DNA of 64,000 nt from Lepidodermella squamata (taxonomy: Eukaryota; Animalia; Gastrotricha), in the NCBI GenBank assembly GCA_047495785.1, contig JBLDXI010000055.1, positions 248,001 to 312,000 of the forward strand. The letters are read 5' to 3'. How positions within the stretch are numbered: the first letter of the stretch is position 1; every line of letters begins with the position of its first letter. The notes under the pieces are model-generated. The model saw nothing but the letters and a program-made list of their open reading frames with translations. It was not told the origin of the DNA and ran no database searches. Shown piece by piece: positions 48,524 to 61,601 of the stretch. A program made the position numbers and the translations under genes.

Positions 48524-51500
48524 ATGCAAGATCTCGAAGTTCCATATAACCACGGACAACAGATTGGACTTAATGGATCTCGATATCACTCGGAATCCGA
48601 GCTTGTTATTGAGCGCTATGAGCAGGTAAGCATTTCAGAAACTGTATTTATAGAATTTTAATGTGTGACCCGTATTGCATGCTCGCGATATCCTACGCTG
48701 ATGCAAGCGCTTCGTTTTAATCAATTGCAATTTTCCGTGATTGCTTCTCTAATATCAGGTCTCACACACTTTTCCCATGTCGATACACGAGTAGTATTTC
48801 TCCATATTCTTCCGTTGTTTATCATTGTTTGGAACGGTAAAACATCGCTTTTCTTACCTTCTCACTCTCTAACAGCTCACTGGTCGAAAGTTACCAAGTG
48901 GAGGCGCAAAGAACGTTGTGCACTTTTATTTATGCATTATTTGTGTGCACCGGAGCGGCTCGTCTCTTTAAGGCGCTTGATGATGGCGAAAATGATGATT
49001 GCCACATGTACAAATGGAGATTAAATATTTACTTGAGAATAGAATTATCACCCCGAAGCGTGTTTGCCTCTTTGTATTTGCGATGATTATCAGCGCAATT
49101 ATATTTTTTATTCACTAATAAAGTGCCTGGCCACCCTTCAGTTTCCTCTAAATCACACGTGCCCAGGTCCACTAAGCCAGCAACAAATTACTGGCGACTA
49201 ATACCCGTGGTTTTGAAAAATTAACGTGTCAAGGATTAGTTTTCATCGCCTGTAGGCCTGGCGGTATAAAAAGGCGGAAATTGAATTCATTTTTTACACT
49301 TTCTTATAGCGAATTATTTTCAGTGCATCGTATGCCTTTATTGTTGCTCACTCAATCGGCGGCACACAATAATATATTATTCAGTATTGACCGTCGTCGC
49401 ACTGCTATTATTATTGCTTTTTTCATCGTCGTTATGCTGCAGTCAACCGAGATTTTCAATTTTTCGACTCGTGGCGTCTATAGATCATGAAAAATGAATT
49501 TTCTATTCACCATCGAAGACGTGTTAACGTTACTTCAATGCTCTCTTGTCCTCATCTGCATCGTCGTTGTTCACCGATTAGTAGTTGCATCGACCGCAGC
49601 TAATTAGTGAACGGCTACCACAATGCCTAGCTGTGATAATACAGGCAATGAGTTGAACCTAGTTCTCGCTGAACTCGAGTCGCTTAGCGCTGATTTGAAA
49701 GCGTACCAAGTCGAATTTCGGCAGAAACAATGCCAACGGCCGAATCAGACGACCGTCAAAATGGTGTTACCCATGCCGTTGCCGCCTAACCCCGTGCCTC
49801 CCCTCGCTCATGGAAGCAACGAATCTCTGTACGATAACGTTGCAGATAGTAGCAGTTCGACTAAAACATTCAGAAACAAAGCGAGGGCTGTGAAAACTCG
49901 GATTTGCCTCAAGCCCGGTGATGAGTGCAGTCGAGTAATCGTCGCTGATAGCAATAAACCGGCGGAAGGCGAAGATTTAGTGGCGATTGACGAGGATTGC
50001 GATTATGCCCGCGGCTTCGACGAGAACATCGAGCAACTGAAGTGTTTAACTCTCGACGACCCGGCGCTGGGTGACGAACAGCTGTCTCCTGTCATGAAAC
50101 GCTTCAAAGTCAGCAGCGATGATCTGGGTCAGACATTCGAATTTTACGAGCAGGAAAAGCCGGCGCCGAGCCGAATTATATTCGTTTCGCCGTGCTACTT
50201 CAGCCCACCCGGCAGCGCTAATCAGGACCAGGTGTATCGGGGGACCCACGCGAGCTCTTCGCCGAATAGCGAAAGTCAGGCTACTACGATTATTAATAAT
50301 AATAATAACAACAACAGGAAAACTGTTACTTTTGCCGGTGAGCAAAACAACTGCGGAATGAAAGCCACTATTGAGTCGGAAATTATTCGCAAGTATGAAA
50401 GCCAAGGAGCCGACGAGGTAGGTCCTTCGCGAGTGTTTCTCATCATGCTAGGCAACAATTTGTTTGTGTGTGGTATTAATTAAATCAATTAGCATAATTT
50501 GATAGCTCGTAAGGCGTTTGTTTTGATTTAACTCTCAACAATTACTGCTTCAAGTTGCAACTCGTGATAAAAAGTAATAAATATGCGCATAATAATAATC
50601 GGCATCGCGCCTCTTCGTAGCCGCGCCCGCGCGCGCGCTCGAAATGATAATATTGATTTCTCGCTCAAATATTTATTTTCGATATGAATGCGTAATAAAA
50701 CAACAAAGTTACTGTGACAAAACGATTCGGAACGCGGCAGCGTCGATTTGTCACGTTCTGCCTTTTCATCAATCTCTACGATAATATGATAACATTTTCT
50801 TATTTGTTCGATCGATCGTTATTAATAATAATAATAACGAATTCGATCTACACAGAGTTTACTCTGTCACTTTTACAAATTTGCATTCTGCCAATTCTGT
50901 TTGTCCGTTTCCTCGTTTATAGCAGCCGCTCGCGCGCAAGCGCTCGATTTCGCGCGGGCCTCGCGCGCCGCATCCGTCGCGACGATAATACAATATCCTC
51001 TGCGTGTTAGTCGGAAAGCGTCGTCTTGGCCGTTTCCCCACATCTCTTCGCGAGCTCCAACACTACACTAGAGCTTTACAATTTGTCATCGCCGATGATG
51101 CTGATGATGATGATGAAGACTATGATTGTCGTTGTTTGCTGCAAACGTGCGAGAGCAGCAGATCGCCATGCATTCATTTAATGCCAATATTAATATTCAT
51201 ATAATCTACACTGCTGTAGTAGTAGTATTGCAGTAGTAGTGTATAAACCCGCCCTCTGAGCTCGTCGTCGTGTGGCCATAGGGCTGAAACTAATGCATTG
51301 GCTAATACACAATCCAATAGCATTCATCATTTGTTATGTAGTAGTGTGGATCGCTTGCTCTTCTCTATCGCGCGCTGTTGTTTAGGTCGCGTGGCCCGTG
51401 TTTCTAGCATTCATACGAGGCGCGCTACTCCGCAGCCGTTATACACACGCAGAAACATACATCTCGATATTTCATACTCGCATTATCTTAGACGGGCTCC

Positions 51501-54500
51501 CCTCGCTCTGCCTCCCAGCCCGCTCGGATCCGTCTTAATTTTGCGTTCGCTTATCGCCAATAAACATTGTTATTGTTCGGCCAATATAACTTGCAAGTAT
51601 CGCTGTTGTAGACACAACATGATGGTCTTTTTTCAGCAGCCTTAATCCATCACGTAGTTCTTCTGTTTTTGTGTTTAGACATATTCCATCGGGCCTGCTA
51701 ATATATATTCCGTAATAAGACGCGTAATATCTCTTATATATATATTATTCCCAAACCATTTGAACAACAGATCAAGTACACACGTTTTTATTGCATCATT
51801 GTTTCTATGAATTCCCGAACGTAATTATACACACACATATCAACATCATCATCATCGTTTCATCGACTGTCTATACTTACAACACGCTCATCGCTCGAGT
51901 TTTTGCCACAACACTACGAGAGGTAGTTACCGCGCTTGACTGCTTTGAAGTGTTGAAATTGTGTGTGCCTGTGTTTATGTGTGTTCTCATAGTAATACCT
52001 ACTAGTAATAACAACAGCGTTCGCGTTCAGAGCAGCATATGTTGATGATGCACTTTCAAACATTAGTTCAACCCTACAATAATAACATTTATTGTTATTT
52101 TTCCATTGCAATTATTAGTTTTTCTCCTCTTGAACAAACAACCCGACAAGTGTCTGTTTATTCTCATCGAAAACGACACTTGTGCAAGAAGCGCGTGCTA
52201 CGTTCAATAATACCGACTTTTCACAATAGAGAGAGACAACCGTGCGTCCGAATTCAAGCTTTCATTCTTATTGTGTTATCTAGCAATTTTAACGCAATTT
52301 AAGTCGCTTACCTGTCGCGGCTTTAATTATTATCATAATTTATTATTGAGATCGCGCACGACGTTATTTTAATACCTACGCTACTGTCTTGCACAGGGTC
52401 GTCCCAAAAACTGCCAACTCGGTACTGAGGAAGAACCGCCATGGTCTTTGACCTTCAAAACTGATCGATTCGGATTTTTACAGTAAGTTGAAATATTATA
52501 TCAAATAATTTAATTATATCAACTAGATTCATTTAAATTTCCCGAATAAGAACTCTGGGAACTCTCTAGATGTTCTCAGTTATTTGTCCTCGTCAATGCG
52601 AACTCTCAAGTTAATGAATTTAGATGATTAGAATGGACAGATTTCAGGAAACCTTATCGTATTAGGTGTCTGACTTCAGCAACAGACAGCTCGAATAATA
52701 TATTACTCGTGGTTTAGTCAAATGAATTTTTATTTATTTAAGTTGGCTTCATAAGGTTGGTAATGTGGGGTAGCAAAAATTAACTTTTTATTTTATTTAT
52801 AGATATAGAATATAGAATATAGATTCATTTACAGCACTATTAACCCGATAATTATGTGAAAGGTCCTTATAATACTCGAAATTATTAATACTTCACGCTA
52901 TTTATGGAGTATTTCGTGCCTAGATGTAATATTGATGATCGAATTTCAAAGTCAATTTGAGATCAAATGCTAAATTTAGTTCCAAGGCATATTAAATTGA
53001 GCAGCTTCAAAATCCAATTTGAAAACATTTATGTGAGCCGATTTCCCAACAGACCTAAAGAGAATTAGTAGCATTACATCGTTTTATTTTTGCTTGATTT
53101 AACAACATTTATTTTATCCATTTGTTTAGCGATATGAAATTGCCGGAAGATTATTCTGAAGAGGAACAGCGTCTAGTCAAGAAGCAAGCCGAGCGCGAGC
53201 GGAAATGGAAGAAAATGCTGACGAGATTCGACCGCGTGTCCAAGGACAAGCTGCGGTCTCGCGTCCACAAAGGCATTCCGGACTCGTGCCGCGGCGTCGC
53301 GTGGTCGAAACTGCTCAACGTCGAGCAAATGCGGCGGCGACACCCGGCCGGGTTGTACGCGACCATGCTCGACTATGGCCTAGCGCACTCGCGCCACATC
53401 CGCCAGATGGACATCGACATAAATCGAACGTTCCGCGACCATGTACTATTCCGCGAACGGTACTCGGTCAAACAGCGCCAGTTATTTCACGTGTTAGTCG
53501 CTTACTCGGTTTACAACGCCGAGGTCGGCTATTGCCAGGGCATGTCAACCCTCGCCGCTTTCTTGCTCATGTACTTCGTCGAGGAAGAGGACGCGTTCTG
53601 GGCGCTGGTCGTTCTTTTCAACGGATATCAAGTCGACGATCGCCATGTTGTTTCAAAGTACAAAATGCATGGCTTTTACACGGATGGCTTCCCGAAATTT
53701 CAGCGCTTCCGCGAGCACCACGCCGTTTTACTGAAACGATACATGCCTCGCCTTCAGAAACACCTCGACAAACTGCAGTTCAAACCTGAACTCTACCTAC
53801 TGAAATGGCTGCTTGATGTTTTCATCGGCGCTGTGCCCGTTTCTTTACTTCTCCGCGTTTGGGACGTGTATCTGCTGGAGGGCGAGAAAATTCTGGTGGC
53901 TTTTGCTTTCTGCATCGTGAAGATGCATGAAAAACGGCTGATGAAGTTGAAACAACTCGAGGACGTTCTCGCGTATTTTCAATCGTTATCTCAGTCGTTT
54001 GGTGCTAGCGACGACGTTGTAATCGCCTGTTTACAGACTACAATTGACGATTTAATCCGCGACAAAATGCTGCCACTGCCCCATGCGCCGCAAACTGAGT
54101 TGCCGAAATACCGGCTCGGGGTGATTCCACCGGAAAACGAGCAGCACGGTCAATTGATAATCGCAACTCAGCCTCAAAATCAAAACAGGCAACAACTGGT
54201 TTCAGAGGTGGTTGAAACCTACCACGAGCATCGAGAACAGCACACGCCGTCGATTGTTATGGAGGACTTGGTCATTGTCCAGACTAAGAAAACTGAACCA
54301 GAAGCGCCACCTCCCCACGTTCCACCGCCTTTTGTGGTCGAGCAGACGGTGGTAGTGAACAGAGAGCAACAGCAAACCCCGACAAAAACGTTGCATGTGA
54401 AAGAAAACATTGTAGTGACCTTCCAGGAACCAACGCTAGTTACAGAGCAGGTTAATCAAAATATGACTTACGATGTCAGCCAAAGTGTTTCACCCATGTC

Positions 54501-56314
54501 TGCCTCAATTGTCTCGTCGAAAACAGCGACCCCGACTACTACTGTTAAGGCGGCTCAAATTGCGAGCCCTCAAACTGCGTCATCATCTGGATCCTCGCCC
54601 GCTAAATCGCCCCAGGAGCCGCAACGGCCGCTTGAACAGCAGCAAATTACAGTTGCGTTTGCTGAAGAGAGAAAACAACAGCCGCAAATACAGCCTCAAT
54701 ATCAGCCGCAAGTTCAAGTTCAGTATCAACCTCCACCTCAACAACAACAACAGCAACAGCCGATTTTGTTCCAACAGCAGGAGGTGCAGCAAAATTCAAC
54801 GTGGAGCTCGCCGTACCGACAAGAGGCGACTCCATCTCCGTCTCAAGGCATTTCCTACAACTATTCATCGCCGTCTCCGAGTAGCCAGGCCCGTTACCCG
54901 AGTTTTACACCGCTGAAATCGGTCTCAGAAACGTTGAGCGAGTCGTCAGCTCACGCCTCTCCATCGCCGATGCATGGCAATAACGAATTTTCGTTGGCGT
55001 ATGCCCAGGCGAAAATGGAGCGGGATCTGCGGGAGGCCGAACAACGCCGGTTGCGGCATCAACAGGCGAGGGCTGAATTTTTCCGCGCGATGCTAGCCTC
55101 CGGGTCGCTTTACTCGACCGGGCGGTCAGTTGACTACCAGGTACGTTGGTTTTTTTTGAGTCATTTCAATTTTGTTTACCCTGATCCGTATAGTTCGATT
55201 CTTAGTTCTGCTTAGCCTTCCGACGCAGTGTAAGATCGGCGATGTAATCGAGTACTTATCATATTTTAGTTTTACCTAATTAGTTCTTTACCCATATTTG
55301 CACTAGAAAATCACGTAAAATCAAAATTTGCAACTAATACCGCATATTGTGATCACTGCTCAATTTTACAGCTTTCCGGTCATGCTATATGTATTTTTCA
55401 GTTGATGGGAACTGGGGTAGAACTATCCATTTTTTAGGAGGCTTATTTTATTATTTATCTGTCATGGACATTTCTTAGAATTCCAGCTAACCTAATCATA
55501 AAGGCGTCAAATTTGATCAATCCCTTTGATTGGATGAAAATTTGATTTGTTAGAAAATAATTCGACGCTGTACTAACTCGATATTTGATAATTGGTTCTT
55601 TTTTTTTTATAGGAAAATGGTGACCCGAAAATGTCGCAATCAGCGTACGCGTCTCCTAGCCACCAAATAGGCACAAATGGTCATTACTCGTCCGAAGTTT
55701 CTCACCGGCTCGATTCGTCGAGCGAAATTCCCGTGCAAATCGAACGGCGGCCGTCGTCGTCGGGCGCAGTTCGAACGAGCGGGTCTCGAAAGTCGTCGCT
55801 GGGCAACGGCGATCCTCCTCAAATCATGAGCCAGTCGATGCATTCGAAGCACAGCAGCCAGGGCGCGGCGGAAGACGTGATGCGCCAGTCGATCCACTCG
55901 CAACACTCATCGCGGCATAGCAACCACGAGCAGCAGCAACAAGCTGCCGGGTCTATGCGGCCGTCCCTCCACTCGTCGCACTCGCTTGCGTCGAAGCACA
56001 GTCGCGGCGAGGCGGCAGAGGCGGTTTTCGAAGGCGACTACGACAACGTGGATAAGTACCAACAGCAAACACCTGTCGCGAAAGAGGGCGACTACTACTG
56101 CTACGAGCGTGAAGAGCAGGTCGTGGTGTTGACGGCGGATGCAAGCGGCGGCATGAGGAGGAGCCGGACCAGCAGCAGCAATCGATCGACCCGGGAGGAG
56201 CGCGTCGAAATCGAAGCGGCCATGTCGAAGTCGATGTCGGTGCACTCGCAGGCGTCGTCGAACGGCGGGCGGAAGCAGCCGTCGCGGTCGACGAGCATGC
56301 ACTCGGACGTGTAA
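48524..56314 (+). CDS. USP6NL: USP6NL / RN-tre-like TBC-domain RabGAP; exons 48524-48625 (or alternative 49623-50417), 52397-52482, 53130-55140, 55613-56314
   Basis: VIERYEQ|GR, KTDRFGFLH, RSRVHKGIPDSCRGVAW, Arg finger QMDIDINRTFRDH, Gln finger VGYCQGMS, EEDAFW, LRVWDVYLLEGE; long Q/S-rich tail. Confidence 0.88.
49623..50417 (+). CDS. Alternative long first coding exon of the USP6NL-like gene
   Basis: 265 open codons ending ESEIIRKYESQGADE with a phase-0 donor GAG|GTAGGT compatible with the exon at 52397; own TATAAAA at about 49265. Confidence 0.7.
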
Positions 56315-56941
56315 ATGAGTACTAGTTGCGTTGTTTTGGTTTCATAGTTGGTATTTATATATAACACAACAATATTTTGTATCTTCGAGCTTAACATCAT
56401 CAACTTCATCTTCGTTATTGTATTATATAATATCATTCGCAGCCGTTCGAACAGAAAAAAATGTGCCACGTTATATTGCATACGTATGAGTGTTAACAAT
56501 AATGCCATTTTTGCCATCATAGTTTGGTATCTCGCCTCACAAATTTTAACGATGCTGTTCGATTTCGCTTTTCAAAAGTGTGCCGATTTCGGGGTTAGTA
56601 TTGATTTACAACCGCTTAGTATGAACGCTGTATAAATGGCTATTATATATGAGAGGAAAAAATCTCGCTCTGAATTTTACTGCAATCAGTTGCTATCTCT
56701 TTGTCAATCTCACTGCAGTATTATATCACGTCGGTAATAGCAGCTCCTTTTTAGCGCCTGTTAGTACGCTACTATAACGTGTATTACGGCATCTGAGAAC
56801 CATTTACTTTTTTCTTTTGTTTTTGACATGAAACGTTTTGGAAGGTCATCAGCAAGGATGCAATTTGAATAAAAATAAAAGCGATGAATTCACAGCCTCG
56901 TCTTTTTTCGACCCAGTCAGACGCTCATACATCAAAGAATG

Positions 56942-57153
56942 AGATAAAACAGTATAATTAAGGAAGCGAGACCTTTATCATCGCACCAGCCGCCCCGCGA
57001 AGTCAAAACAAAGGCGAGGTATTTTTGTCTCGAGAGATAAAAACCACGGCCTACCAAATTTTCTGGAACTGGATAAGCATTTAGGAAACGGGGTGTGATA
57101 ACAATCAAGAAATGAACTTGACAAATCATAATCGCTAGCACTTGAAGAGATAA
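56942..57153 (+). promoter_or_regulatory. GATA-site cluster upstream of paralogue 2
   Basis: AGATAA 56942, 57035 and 57148; TTATCA 56975; TGATAA 57096; GGATAA 57071. Confidence 0.5.
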
Positions 57154-57284
57154 CCTAAAGTCACACCGAGTTTTGACAAACACTGACTGCTTTATTATAA
57201 TTTATCCGGCTTTAAAATGTAATAGGTGCCAAGGCTTTTTAAGTTTCAAAAACTTGAAAAGCCCGATTTTATTATCGAGACACA

Positions 57285-60200
57285 ATGAGATTTGTGGCGC
57301 TTATAACAGCCTTAATAATTCCAATCATCTATGGCCAGAAAAATTATCCTCCTGCCTGCAATATCGAAGACCCAACTTTGAGCTATAACGCAAATGCACC
57401 TAAACTATTACAGTAAGTAATTTTTAACTGTCAGTAAGCCAAGCATTGATAACTTGAACGTCTTCCAGGACAAATGGTTTCGAGTTGTCGATGCAAATCC
57501 CATTTCGTGCGATAATAGATTATGACATTCCGAACCTCCCGCCAGTCTATGATCAAGAAATGACAGAAACTTTCTTTCTCAGATCCTATGGATATAACCA
57601 AACCAGTATGCCGAATTTGAACGACATTTTCCCCAAAATATACTCATGCTTTTTGTTCAAGGGGGTGTATCCTACGTTAGCTACAAACACAAAACAATCT
57701 CAGTTGCATACAACAAAAATAAAAATGAATCTATCGCCGTGAATTTTCAAACAGGTAAGCTCTTAGCTGATGTAATCTTGTTTCATTTATATTATGATTT
57801 TGATTCAGAGAAATGCGACGTCCAGCCAATGATTTATGACGATAAGTACTTCTTCGGTTACTGGCATGGCAACAAGTTTCAAAACGAAATTCATATTCCT
57901 TTCCCTGACGTTTTGACTGATTTGACTCGATTCAGGACTAAGAAATTGAAACCTTTAGGCTAGTTCAATTACTACATACAACCTCAATTTTTATTTCAAT
58001 TTCGTGAACAGGGCACTATCGAGGCTTTGCTAATGTTGATCGCTACGAGGGATGCATCGACCTTCGATCGCTGATTATAAGGATTTTATCCGAGCTGAAT
58101 TCTGGTGTATTTAGTGACCACATTATTCCTCAACTGGTTCTAGACAGCATTCCGGACCCTTCACCCGTTAAGGTGACGTGGTACTGGTCTGATCCAGCTT
58201 GGGAAATGGAGGATGGTATAATTGGCGATCCAGTACCCTTGGGGATTGATTTTGTCGGTGATTTTTCTTCGGAGACAACTTTTCCGAAGAAAATGTCACT
58301 TGACCTGAAATTTGCAATGTCAATGGTTGCTGTCAACTATCACTCGCATTACCCGGATTCCGATCACCTCGGCGATTTGTTGCAGTCCCCGCCTGGCATA
58401 AATTGCAAGGTGTCGCCAGAACCTTCGAATCCCCTTTTCCCGAAGCTGCCCGAGTTGTTCCACATTCGAGCAGAAAGTGTCATTCAAACGAAAGATGACG
58501 AGGGACATTTCCATAATGCACACATCGAAACTGAAGATTACTACGATTTCAGGAGGAAGCTTTTCCGATTTGACGTCTCGGTGCATAGTAACATTTTGCA
58601 AGGGCCTTCAATGCTTCAATTTTTTCAAGACCTCAACAAAAGTAAGTTTTTTTTACTGAAATTGATCTTATTTACGAGATGAATCTTCTCTTTTAGATGT
58701 CAGCTATGAAGTCAATCGAGATGAAGGTGATTGCATCAAACGAGATATAGATCAAATGGCTCCGGGTGAATTAGGATCTGGTATTATTTCACATTTAATG
58801 ATTCGTCCATACGACGTGTTGGCAATAAATGATTTGGAACCAAGTTACATCGGAAAGGTAGGAAAAGAATCGCTCGAGAATTTTCCATGCTATTCATAAA
58901 CATGTTTTCAGAAAAAATGCCGTGGAATGACTTGTGACTTCTGGGTAGCAGAAAAAGACCTAACTTTTGTTGTGGGTGGCAACCCAACCTACGGCGTTTA
59001 CAGCATTTGGAGTACAGTGGTATTTATAAATTGATGCCTATAATCTATAAAAAATTATACCGAAATTTCTATTAGGATACTTGGAGCGGCAATTACACGT
59101 ATGAAGATCGTTCCGCGAACGGCTTTATTGTCGAGGTAGCTGTTTCTATCAGGGACAAGGCAACGGTAAAATTTGAGGACATCGTACAATTGTATTGATT
59201 TACGGGATTCTTACAGGATGCAGTTGTTGGCCATGAAAGCTTGCAAATATATGACTATCGGGAGTTGACTACCAACAAGGATGTGTTCTACATGTTTCCA
59301 ACGGGCATGTTCTGCGGTGACGAAATGGGCGCGCCGATAAATCCGACCATGCCCAGGCGTTACCAGTATCGCGGCGAATTTTCAGACCACGCCAAGAATT
59401 ACTCCTATCCGATTTTTGTAAGTAAAAATCGCAAAGTAAATTAAAGTTTTCAATTTTCAATTTGATACAGTTGAGTTACGATGTTGACTGGAACGTCATT
59501 CGATTCGATTGGATTCCTTTGGATGTAAGAAAAATCTATCTTCCTGATTATACCTAAAATACCAATTTTTCAGTTGGAACATGAGGGCAAAGATCAAAAC
59601 TACGAGCAGACTTATGTCTATGACTTGCGATCAAGCGTTAACTACCGCGTCAATCGAGCCGATTTCAGCTGCGAAGCTTTTCCAATCGATACCGACTACG
59701 CTGGTGAGGACATCGATCCCCTGTCCATTTTATGGCCGCCGAGGGTGAAATTTTTTTTACCTCGAATGAAATAAAGTAAACTCTTCTTGCTTAGCTCTAT
59801 TACCACCTTACTCACTCGAATTTGCGTTACATCGGCGTTCACTTATGCCGGCGAATGGTAAGTCTATCTTTATTTCATTTAAATAAGACTAAGTATGTAT
59901 CTACCATTTACTCGTAGTTGTGTGATACTTTTGAAATAACCGAAAAAACATCTGGCAATGCGAAGGACATTTTTGAGATCCAGTTCACGACAGTAAGCTC
60001 TTCAAATCAGACAATACATTTTTCACGCTATTTTACGCAATAACAGAGTCAATTTACGGAAATTTCCGTTGACAATCCTTCCCATGCGGAGAAAAACGTA
60101 CTCACTCGAATCGCCAAGTTTGAAAGCGACACCGAAAAGTTACAACTCGGCCATATTGAAAGGTTGCAATCGGTCGATATCTTCGGCTACGTTGATCAGC

Positions 60201-60943
60201 GAAGCGTTTACTGGGAATACAACATTGCTGCCGCGTGTTTTCAAAACGTGCTATCAAAATGGGTTCGGCTGCATTTGCGTGGCGATACCGCTGATGTTTT
60301 GGACATGGTGAGCAATGGCTATTTCAAGTTGGCACTGATGGACGCTGTCAGGCAGAGCGCTGCGAACGTGACCCCGCTTCGGATCGCTGATTTCCACCTG
60401 CACAAAAAGAATGAAAAAGACCCATTGAGTTTCACTGCCGAATTCTTACTTCGCGACCGACATCCAGCTGAAAGCTTCGAAGGTCCATCTCTCGTGGACG
60501 CTCTTATCAGTTTGAGGTCTGTTGTTGCAAGCGGCAATTTCTCGGTTACAATCGTAAGTTTTCTTGAATTTTATAACAACTTTATCTATTGATACCACGT
60601 TATGAAGGAGGTACCGTCAACCAACATCCAAGACCCGGCTACGATCCACATTGTAACGGCGGAAACTAGCTTCGAAACTTGCGATAGAGAGTGCACTGTG
60701 AACGATATTCTTTCTACGCCAACTTTTGAACTCGATGCGAACGCTCTAGTTGGCACGATAATTGGCAGTGTGATAGCTGGCGGTCTAATCATTGCCCTGG
60801 CCATGACTGTCTTCATCAGCCGACGGCACCAGGTGCCACCAACCAGCCTCTACTTCGGGACAGTGCCCGGCACTGGCGTTTCAACCGATCTGCCCCCGGT
60901 AGCCATGTCTGACATGGCTGTTTCAAATGATGTTGCTATGTGA
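57285..60943 (+). CDS. Uncharacterised type I membrane protein, paralogue 2: signal peptide, 3 ependymin/LolA-like repeats, SEA-like, TM
   Basis: Signal peptide MRFVALITALIIPIIYG. Collinear with the C-terminal half of paralogue 1 (IPFPDVLTDLTRF, VNYHSHYPD, PPGINC, CRGMTCDFW, YQYRGE). TM ALVGTIIGSVIAGGLIIALAMTVFI; many 50-60 nt introns including one GC-AG. Confidence 0.8.
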
Positions 60944-61200
60944 TCAAATGCGTACTATGAAATTCGGCCTGTCATCAACTTTCATCCCAGTGGCATTGAG
61001 CTGATATGCAATGAACATATTATTATCCATGATTTCATTTTCTACCAAGTTTTTTTTTACAATTTCGTCGTTTACAGGATGGGGTAGAGGTATCACCAAT
61101 GATTTAATCTTGAGATACAAAAATAATTAACTTGATACCCCTGCCTCCATCCTTCCTCTTCAACCACCCGGGTATTAAAAAGTTGTACATAGAATCGTTT

Positions 61201-61508
61201 TTATCTGTATAATATATTACATCCCCACTTATAGCTGGGGATATCATGTCTTCAGAACACACGTTGGGTGCTTGCTTTATTTTATCTCCAGTTTATCACG
61301 TCGCCGAGCCGTTATTTGTGTTGCTTTTATTCTCGTTATAAAATAAAATACCTGAGAATATAAGAACGGGCTTTTTGTTTTGTTGCGCCTTTCGGGTATA
61401 TTATCGCCAGTGTCCTATCTCCCGATTCGCGAAACGGCAACGAGACTTCTTATCTCGCATGAGACAAGCCTCTCGCGGAGTTATCTATCAGGATTTTTAT
61501 GTCTATCA
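61201..61508 (+). promoter_or_regulatory. GATA-site cluster upstream of paralogue 3
   Basis: TTATCT 61201, 61282, 61450 and 61481; TTATCA 61293; additional CTATCW sites. Confidence 0.5.
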
Positions 61509-61601
61509 GTGTATTTTGTTACAGGCTGAAAAACTCGAGTTATACGCCAGTTTTGTCATTTTATAGTTCCATCTTTCTTCTTAGGTGTTTTTGTTCAAAA
61601 A

